From positions 124,001 through 188,000 of the IMG/VR virus record IMGVR_UViG_3300027969_000039: DNA of 64,000 bases; one strand, given 5' to 3'. Shown here piece by piece: positions 57,611 through 64,000 of the stretch. Position 1 is the first letter of the stretch; every line of letters begins with the position of its first letter. Under the pieces are notes generated by a model. The model ran no database searches, had not been told where the DNA came from, and saw only the letters and a program-made list of their open reading frames with translations. The translations under genes were made by a program, and so were the position numbers.

Positions 57611-58563
57611 CACCATCCTTCAATCTTGCGAATAACATCCATTTCAGTTACTAATGGCCCCAGATTACGAAAATCTGCTTTATAATGTCTCTTAAAGAAT
57701 TTGCTTTGTCCTCTATCTAGTGTACACATTGGCAATCCAAGTTTGTCATGTAATCCTGCACCTAATAGTGTTGCTTCACGCTCTGGATCTCTATTATATT
57801 CTTGTTCTTCCCACATTGTTATATAGTTGTCAAACCATTGAACACTGGTGTGGTCCCAATCAGTTAACATGGTCATGTATGTTCCAAGTCTTGCCCCGTA
57901 AATAGCCCACATCCCATTCTCAACATCAGCACCTACATTGTGCCATATGGTTAAGTTGTTTAGATTGCGACTAGCAACTGTTTCTTTGAAAGTATTAATA
58001 TCAGGCTTTGCTCCTTTGTCTAAACACATCTTGACTCCTTCACGGAATCCAGCACGCCATGCTTGAAATGGTGTATAGTTAGGGTAAGTAGTAGAGTAAC
58101 AATCATACATTGCCCAGTATAGGTTATCTTTGCTGTCTAAACAAAAGTCAGCAATACGTGATACATCACCGTCAGTTTGATGCTCATGTGTTTTCATTTC
58201 ACGCACATAAGTTTTTGTCCAGCTACTCATACCGCCATTGCCGTAACGTAATCCATTTATACTATTAACTGCTTTCCAACGGAACTGTGCTTTCTGAAAC
58301 TTTTCATCTTTGCTAGTGAAGTCTAATTGAATGTTGAAGAAACTTTCTTCTGGCATGTTGTCACCATCAATCAATATGAATCGTTCAGTATCACTAGCCT
58401 CACCTGCTGCTTTGTGTGCGGCATCACTACCTTTGACTCCGTCAACTCTTTTAGCCCATGGGACCATATTCTTAATCTTAAGCCAAAATTCTTCTTTCTG
58501 TGGTTCATCATAGCTTAAGTAGATACAATCTAAATCAGCTACATCAACAATATCATAACTCAT
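57610..58563 (-). CDS. Putative GT-A glycosyltransferase-like protein
   Basis: LSYDEP, RVDGVKG...AH.AA, IDGD (DxD), NGL.YGNGG, AWRAGFREGVK. Confidence 0.65.
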   Translation of the reverse strand: MSYDIVDVADLDCIYLSYDEPQKEEFWLKIKNMVPWAKRVDGVKGSDAAHKAAGEASDTERFILIDGDNMPEESFFNIQLDFTSKDEKFQKAQFRWKAVNSINGLRYGNGGMSSWTKTYVREMKTHEHQTDGDVSRIADFCLDSKDNLYWAMYDCYSTTYPNYTPFQAWRAGFREGVKMCLDKGAKPDINTFKETVASRNLNNLTIWHNVGADVENGMWAIYGARLGTYMTMLTDWDHTSVQWFDNYITMWEEQEYNRDPEREATLLGAGLHDKLGLPMCTLDRGQSKFFKRHYKADFRNLGPLVTEMDVIRKIEGW

Positions 58564-58894
58564 ATGTTTTTAATTTCCATTTAGTATGAGGATCAGTTGA
58601 TTCAACTATAATGCTTACATCATCAATACTACAAGCAATGCCTTCTAATTCATTTGGCATCAGTTTATGAACCACTGCTTCTGCTTTGAATCTTGAAACT
58701 TTACCATCAATTACTCTAACATCAGGTCTGGCTTCAACAAAGGTCATTGCATCTATAACAATATAGTTACCTTCTACTGACTTGTCTCCAGTATAGCATA
58801 TTACTTTACCATGCTCATCATAATATAATCTAAACTCAGGTGGTTCCAATTTAGGCGCTTCCCAAATTATTACATAGTCTTTTTCTTCATTCAT
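58553..58894 (-). CDS. Hypothetical protein
   Basis: Operon context. Confidence 0.65.
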   Translation of the reverse strand: MNEEKDYVIIWEAPKLEPPEFRLYYDEHGKVICYTGDKSVEGNYIVIDAMTFVEARPDVRVIDGKVSRFKAEAVVHKLMPNELEGIACSIDDVSIIVESTDPHTKWKLKTYEL

Positions 58895-59631
58895 AGTACT
58901 ATCTTATCACAAAAATTCTTCACATGATAGTGAAATGGATACTGCTGTGGCACAGTCTGTACTCTAATTTGATTAGGTAAGCATTCATATATAAAAGTAT
59001 CTGTCCAATTTTCAGTTGGAGTTCCATTGATATATTGTTTCATGTGAACCATACTCATTTCAGTAAATGTAGGCAATGTAGTTTTTTCTACTCCCATGAT
59101 ATGACATGCTAATGCATAAACCCAATCAGTACTTGCTAATTCATCTGGATTACACTTCAATATTTTTTTATATTCTTCCCAGTTATTGAATATTTCTTTT
59201 ACTAAATCAAAGAATTTACTTGCTGTATCTGATTTCTTGAAATAAGTTATAGCATTATATACGTCTGGCAATTTATTATCATCGATGAATCTACGATAGA
59301 ATCGGATATCTGATATTTCTTGTTTAAAGTTTCTGATTGTATTTGACACTACAATATCTCTGTCTTTTAGTACATCCCACCAGTGTTCAATGTTGCGTGG
59401 GATGTACATATCAGCTTCTAATTTGATTGTATAGACATACGGGCTTGCTTCATACACTTGCCAATCATTTGCAAAGCCACCCAAATTACCGTGAGGTAAC
59501 ATATCAGTTGTAATAATAGTTACATTGGCATCGGGCATTACTCTGAGTATGCTTTTCTGTAGTGTTTTGGCACAATTAGTATAGCTAATTTTCTCAGTAT
59601 CCTGTGCCATTATTACAAAACCTTTATTCAC
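58891..59631 (-). CDS. Putative GT-A nucleotide-diphospho-sugar transferase
   Basis: ASPY..TIKLEAD, YF.KS, HMK. Confidence 0.65.
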   Translation of the reverse strand: MNKGFVIMAQDTEKISYTNCAKTLQKSILRVMPDANVTIITTDMLPHGNLGGFANDWQVYEASPYVYTIKLEADMYIPRNIEHWWDVLKDRDIVVSNTIRNFKQEISDIRFYRRFIDDNKLPDVYNAITYFKKSDTASKFFDLVKEIFNNWEEYKKILKCNPDELASTDWVYALACHIMGVEKTTLPTFTEMSMVHMKQYINGTPTENWTDTFIYECLPNQIRVQTVPQQYPFHYHVKNFCDKIVL

Positions 59632-60430
59632 TTATCAACTCCATAAAGTTTTCTTTGTTCATAACATGAAAGTCCATATCTTTTATGGTAATGTATTCTT
59701 TTCGAATCTTTCCTCTATTCCAACTGTCAAACATTATAGTATACTCAGTGTTAAATTCATTGTCATTGTTTTTATATACACTAGTATTTTTACCAACATG
59801 CATCAGATTCCATGGGATAACATCTTCGATTGGAGTAGTATGTCCATTGACAATTCTAGTAGCCAATGTTAATGCATAGTCATTGCGGAAAGTAACAGAT
59901 ATAAACCCGTGAATACTTGCATAATGTTCAAAGTTATTTTGAATCATTTCTAAACTATTGAATATTTGTTCTGCTCTTTTTGTTTTCTTAAAGGTAACTA
60001 CAGTAGCCCACAATGTATTAAAACTGTATACACTTAACATTTCTTGCACCGCGTTTGGATGCATCAAAAAACTTGTAGTGTCGTGGCAGCAAAAGTCAGT
60101 TGGTAATTCGAAGGTCTTTAGTAACTTATCTGAATTTACCATGTAATCAGTATCTAGCAAGATAGTTTCATCATATGGACTAAATTGATATGCACGGTAC
60201 CTGCCTTTATTGTACCATGGTCCCCAATCTCTTTTGTTGGATTTATCAGCAGGAGCCATAACAATGTTATCAAATTGATATGATTGTTTAACTGGCAGTG
60301 ATTCACTATCTGTTATTAAGGTAACAGGAATATCCAAAAAGTGATTTATGCGTTTAGCAGTTGACACTGCCATCTCATAGTAATTATATTTTGGACTGTT
60401 GAATGCAAATAATAATGCGCCTCTAGTCAT
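59624..60430 (-). CDS. Putative GT-A nucleotide-diphospho-sugar transferase
   Basis: SPYDETILLDTD (DxD), WATVV.F.K, RND, HVMNK. Confidence 0.7.
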   Translation of the reverse strand: MTRGALLFAFNSPKYNYYEMAVSTAKRINHFLDIPVTLITDSESLPVKQSYQFDNIVMAPADKSNKRDWGPWYNKGRYRAYQFSPYDETILLDTDYMVNSDKLLKTFELPTDFCCHDTTSFLMHPNAVQEMLSVYSFNTLWATVVTFKKTKRAEQIFNSLEMIQNNFEHYASIHGFISVTFRNDYALTLATRIVNGHTTPIEDVIPWNLMHVGKNTSVYKNNDNEFNTEYTIMFDSWNRGKIRKEYITIKDMDFHVMNKENFMELISE

Positions 60431-60732
60431 CTTTTCTTCTCAAGTTCAATCCATTCATTATACCAAATTTCCATAACGTTTGCATACGTGACAGAAAGTT
60501 TATGTAGCAAGTCAATTCTATTAACTTTGACTGGGTTATTGAAAGTATCAATTAAAATTATATAATTATCAGTGGATGAGTTTAAAAAGTTGATGGTTTC
60601 TAAATTGGCTCGCCAAAGTCCAGACTGATCAGCTACGATAAACTTACTATCGTACTTGTCTTTTAGATATGATTTGGCTGAATTATGATTGAAGCGGGCT
60701 TTAGCTTCACTTATTAATGTGGTTGTATCCAT
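60427..60732 (-). CDS. Hypothetical protein
   Basis: AGGAG RBS, CTAAATA upstream; ILID...NPV motif. Confidence 0.65.
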   Translation of the reverse strand: MDTTTLISEAKARFNHNSAKSYLKDKYDSKFIVADQSGLWRANLETINFLNSSTDNYIILIDTFNNPVKVNRIDLLHKLSVTYANVMEIWYNEWIELEKKR

Positions 60733-60779
60733 GTGTACTCCTAAGAGTATTTAGATAGATACAACTATGATGTGAAAAA

Positions 60780-61733
60780 TTATGCGCCAGTTACAGAACC
60801 GGCTATAGTAATAGTTCCCCAACTATTTGCCAAATATGTAGTTTCAGGTGCTACAGCGGTTACTGTGGTGCTAGAACCAGTTCCTACTGTCAATCCATCT
60901 GGAATTTCATCCCAAACTGTATAAATCGTAATTACACTTCCTGTATCTCCGTTGACACCTTGTGTTCCATTGCTTTTAGCAATAACACGTATAAAAGTAC
61001 TTAAATATCCTGCTGGGCCAGTTGATGCCAATTGTGTAAATACATTAGCGTTGCTTGTAGTTAACGCAAAATAACCGTTGTTTGGCAATGTAGTTGGTGC
61101 ATTTCCTCCGCCACCTATTTTAGTTATTCCGGTAAATGAAACACTGGATATAGTGATAGTACCAGTTGACGGTGCGCTTAATACGACCGTACCTATATTG
61201 CTAGCTAAATTATTAAACAACAAATTAATGCCGGCTGTGCTATTAGCATGAGCGCATGTTACTTTTAGTTGCCCACCGGAATTAAAGAAATATCTTGCGG
61301 CATTGCCATTTGCAAAAGTTACAGTATGAGTAAAAGTAGCTGCTGCTGTCCATGTAGTACCAAGAGTTGCTGTATTAGCAACAGTAGAACCTTGTGTAGC
61401 TGCATTTAATCTAGGTGCGTAAATAGTTGTCAAGTTTGTAGGTATAGCAGACAAGTAAGTTATTGTGTTACCGGCTGCCGGTGCAGTAACCGTAGTAATT
61501 GAAGTACCCTGATGTGATGCAGAATTTGCTGTTTTATTAACTAAATTAGCCCAATCTGCTGCGTAAACTTGAGTACCGACTGTTACATTTCCTAAAGCAG
61601 TTTGTCCGTACCCAGCAGTTGTTCCACCAGTGGCCCAAACTGTGTTTAGTGCTCCATTAGAAGTAACTGGATTGCCACCTACCAATGCATTATAATCCGC
61701 TGCTGCTATGTTTCCGTATTGTGCGTAAGCCAT
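60780..61733 (-). CDS. Virion structural protein (tail/baseplate-associated)
   Basis: MAY start, Gly/Thr/Ala-rich, ARYFFNSGG. Confidence 0.7.
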   Translation of the reverse strand: MAYAQYGNIAAADYNALVGGNPVTSNGALNTVWATGGTTAGYGQTALGNVTVGTQVYAADWANLVNKTANSASHQGTSITTVTAPAAGNTITYLSAIPTNLTTIYAPRLNAATQGSTVANTATLGTTWTAAATFTHTVTFANGNAARYFFNSGGQLKVTCAHANSTAGINLLFNNLASNIGTVVLSAPSTGTITISSVSFTGITKIGGGGNAPTTLPNNGYFALTTSNANVFTQLASTGPAGYLSTFIRVIAKSNGTQGVNGDTGSVITIYTVWDEIPDGLTVGTGSSTTVTAVAPETTYLANSWGTITIAGSVTGA

Positions 61734-61742
61734 TTTTATTCC

Positions 61743-62990
61743 TTATCTTGATACAGTAACAATTGCTAATACTGTTCCAATACTTGAATCAGTTTTGTTT
61801 TCTAATGAACGACCAATAACATTGAATGCAGTTGCTTCACCCAATTTAGCTGCTCGTGCAATGCCTTCACCTGCACTAACTAAACGATCATTCTTTTTAA
61901 CTATGCCTTTAACTTTAACCTGCACACGACCTGTCATTGCGACCGGCGGATGAGTAGTATCATCGCCTGCACCTGAATTCATCAAGTAAGCAGCAGTATT
62001 TGAGATTACTCCAAAGATATCTTCACTAAGTTCATACTTAACACTAGTAATTTCTTTTTCCCCGCCCAACTCCACTACCGTGCCTGCATCATAATACGCA
62101 TCAGCTTCAAATCGTTCTGCCAAGTCAGCGTATGTTGCTTGTAATCTACTACCGGTCGTCAATGTCCAGTTACCAGTTAGTTGTCCTGCTACTGTATTTC
62201 CACCAGTTGTTATGTTTGCTGTCGTTACGCTTGAAGGAGCAATAACTCCAGTGAATTGACTAACTGAGTTAGCTCCAGTTAGATAATCAGATACATTAGC
62301 GTTGTTATATGTACCTGCGAAACTAATTGCAACCCCATTCGCATACATGTATCTATCTGTCTTAATACCATATGTGTTGCCGTTGTTATTAATTACAATA
62401 TTGCCGGCATTTACATAAAGTCCAGTGCCTGCTATGGTATTAGCAGTACCCGTGCCGTTTAAAGTCCACGTTCCAGTAATATTACCACCAGTACCTGCTG
62501 CACCTGTTGTAATATTTGCCGTGTTTAGTGTACCAATGTTACCAGTAGTTACATTAGCATTAGCAATTGTTGCGTTTGCAGTTACAGTAGCTAACCTCAC
62601 TGTTATTGTGTCTCCAACTAATGCATTAGTTGCTGTAATATTATTTGCTACTATGTTTCCAGTGACCGTTACTGCACCAAAAGTAGTTGTTCCACCACTA
62701 GCAGTTGAAGTTAATGCTAACCAGCTACTAGCTGTAGTTGTTCCGTCTGCCGGGCAGACGTACATTGTGTTACTGTTCGTATTCCACCATAGTTGACCAG
62801 CCAATGGGTTAGCCGGCGGGCTAGCATTGGCATAATTTTCTAGTTGGTGAACAAAGTTTGTATCCACGTACTGACCGTACCCTGCATAGTTCCTGCCTGG
62901 TAATGACAATGAAGTACTGCTCGTATTGATAGTACCATCGGCGATGGTCGTCAGTACTTGACCATTACTCTTTACTATTGTATATGCCAT
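61743..62990 (-). CDS. Baseplate/tail-fibre protein with C-terminal peptidase G2/IMC-like domain
   Basis: L.GRNYAGYG...ENYA...P..GQLW; C-terminal YADLAERF...GTVV...GVIS...VAM.GRV.VKV. Confidence 0.75.
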   Translation of the reverse strand: MAYTIVKSNGQVLTTIADGTINTSSTSLSLPGRNYAGYGQYVDTNFVHQLENYANASPPANPLAGQLWWNTNSNTMYVCPADGTTTASSWLALTSTASGGTTTFGAVTVTGNIVANNITATNALVGDTITVRLATVTANATIANANVTTGNIGTLNTANITTGAAGTGGNITGTWTLNGTGTANTIAGTGLYVNAGNIVINNNGNTYGIKTDRYMYANGVAISFAGTYNNANVSDYLTGANSVSQFTGVIAPSSVTTANITTGGNTVAGQLTGNWTLTTGSRLQATYADLAERFEADAYYDAGTVVELGGEKEITSVKYELSEDIFGVISNTAAYLMNSGAGDDTTHPPVAMTGRVQVKVKGIVKKNDRLVSAGEGIARAAKLGEATAFNVIGRSLENKTDSSIGTVLAIVTVSR

Positions 62991-63021
62991 GCTGAAATTG
63001 CTCCGTTATCTGTTATTTATC

Positions 63022-63642
63022 TTAAATTGTTACCAAGTTTGTCAAACTTTGAATTCGTACTGTATAATCAATCTGAATCTGTCTGTTTAAACTCTTTTGC
63101 ACTGGGTGAAATATTACGTGTGTCAATAATCTAGTAAGAATATTTCCATTAACGTCAGTACCATTATTTCCAAGTAATCCCAATTCGTCAAAAACATAGG
63201 AACTATCAGTTTGGGTACTATTATCAAATGCAGCTTGCCCCGCAGGCTCGCCATAATCTAATAAACATTGTACTAATATATCAGTGTAAACTTTGCCCGT
63301 TGTGTGATTTACTGTCATTTTATTACGTGTAGGATCCAAGTTAAAAACGCTAGTATCATCTACGATTTTAGCGTAAGTTTGATTGTATAATGCAGCATTT
63401 TGACCAGTGACATTTGGCGGAAGATAGGTGATAATTCCAGTGTCTGAAACGCTAGCGCCGCCGTTACCAAACGCCATTTCATATATTTCTCCAAATCCAC
63501 GACTGCTTAAAGTATCAGCAATTGCTATAGACATGTTTTCGTAATTAATAGCATTTTTCTTATCTACGAATATTTCCCCGTTGTTTGGGTCATAGATTTT
63601 CAAAAATCCTTCTATTTTGTATGTTAGTGTTATTGCTGACAT
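63022..63642 (-). CDS. Tail/baseplate structural protein
   Basis: MAFGNGG, LDYGEP, FDELGL, LLTHVIFHPVQKS.NR.I.I.YT. Confidence 0.7.
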   Translation of the reverse strand: MSAITLTYKIEGFLKIYDPNNGEIFVDKKNAINYENMSIAIADTLSSRGFGEIYEMAFGNGGASVSDTGIITYLPPNVTGQNAALYNQTYAKIVDDTSVFNLDPTRNKMTVNHTTGKVYTDILVQCLLDYGEPAGQAAFDNSTQTDSSYVFDELGLLGNNGTDVNGNILTRLLTHVIFHPVQKSLNRQIQIDYTVRIQSLTNLVTI

Positions 63643-63797
63643 TAATTATCGCCTCTTATTTGTACTAATACTTCTTTAGTATTAGGATCCGTTATCTTTA
63701 CGCTGGAAGAAAAGTAAAATCCACCGTGTTCATTGGGTTTACTTTCCTGTCTTTCCGACGGTTGGTTTTCCTTATTTTCTTCTATTTTTTCGTTCAT
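63642..63797 (-). CDS. 51-aa protein (MNEKIEENKE...KITDPNTKEVLVQIRGDN), not in ORF track
   Basis: Manual translation; TAAATA upstream; TAATG overlap with next gene. Confidence 0.7.
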   Translation of the reverse strand: MNEKIEENKENQPSERQESKPNEHGGFYFSSSVKITDPNTKEVLVQIRGDN

Positions 63798-63810
63798 ATA
63801 TTATTTATCT

Positions 63811-64000
63811 TTAAGTTATATCCGTTCTTAAGAAATTTGCACCTTGGGTGTACGCAATCTGCAATGGGTCTCCATCTTCTGTATTATAGATTCCCGGGAT
63901 TGGATTCCATGTAGCGGAATACAATACATCTGACATTCTGTTATTAGGAATCAAGCCAAACGCTTCAGAATATACCGGAATGTATGCTTGCATTCCGGTT
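63811..64000 (-). CDS. C-terminal fragment of an upstream, probably structural, gene
   Basis: Frame open to the window edge; ends PLQIAYTQGANFLR. Confidence 0.6.
   Translation of the reverse strand, partial: TGMQAYIPVYSEAFGLIPNNRMSDVLYSATWNPIPGIYNTEDGDPLQIAYTQGANFLRTDIT

Noticed and set aside
1-64000. Stop-codon recoding (alternative genetic code)
   Set aside because: Conserved genes are full length under code 11, and TAA, TGA and TAG all end genes at plausible positions

Overview
This AT-rich, densely coding window reads as part of a large (jumbo-type) tailed bacteriophage genome. The host is probably a betaproteobacterium (Burkholderiales-like); this is inferred from the sequence style of PqqA, bS21, the porin and PstS. 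Layout: (i) 0-10 kb: late membrane/secreted genes, a 2116-aa Gly/Thr-rich fibre-like protein and a PBP7-type peptidase. (ii) 10-18 kb and 27-33 kb: minus-strand early genes behind repeated, near-identical TTGACA-17-TATAAT promoter cassettes, including dCMP deaminase, MazG-like, phosphoesterase and ATP-dependent DNA ligase. (iii) 18.7-24.3 kb: proteostasis/translation cluster with clpP, clpS, an Hsp20 with a ROSE-like thermometer, bS21 and clpX. (iv) 34-39.3 kb: host-metabolism island with a porin, Pho-box-preceded pstS, a PlcP-like phosphoesterase plus Agt-like GT4 pair, a 24-aa PqqA missed by the ORF track, and a circularly permuted two-piece tmRNA (tag ANDELYSLAA). (v) 39.7-60.7 kb: seven radical SAM enzymes (two B12-type; an eighth lies at 17.6 kb), a nucleotide-sugar dehydrogenase and about six glycosyltransferase-like proteins, running into (vi) tail/baseplate structural genes. 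All family calls come from motif recognition by eye; no database searches were run.
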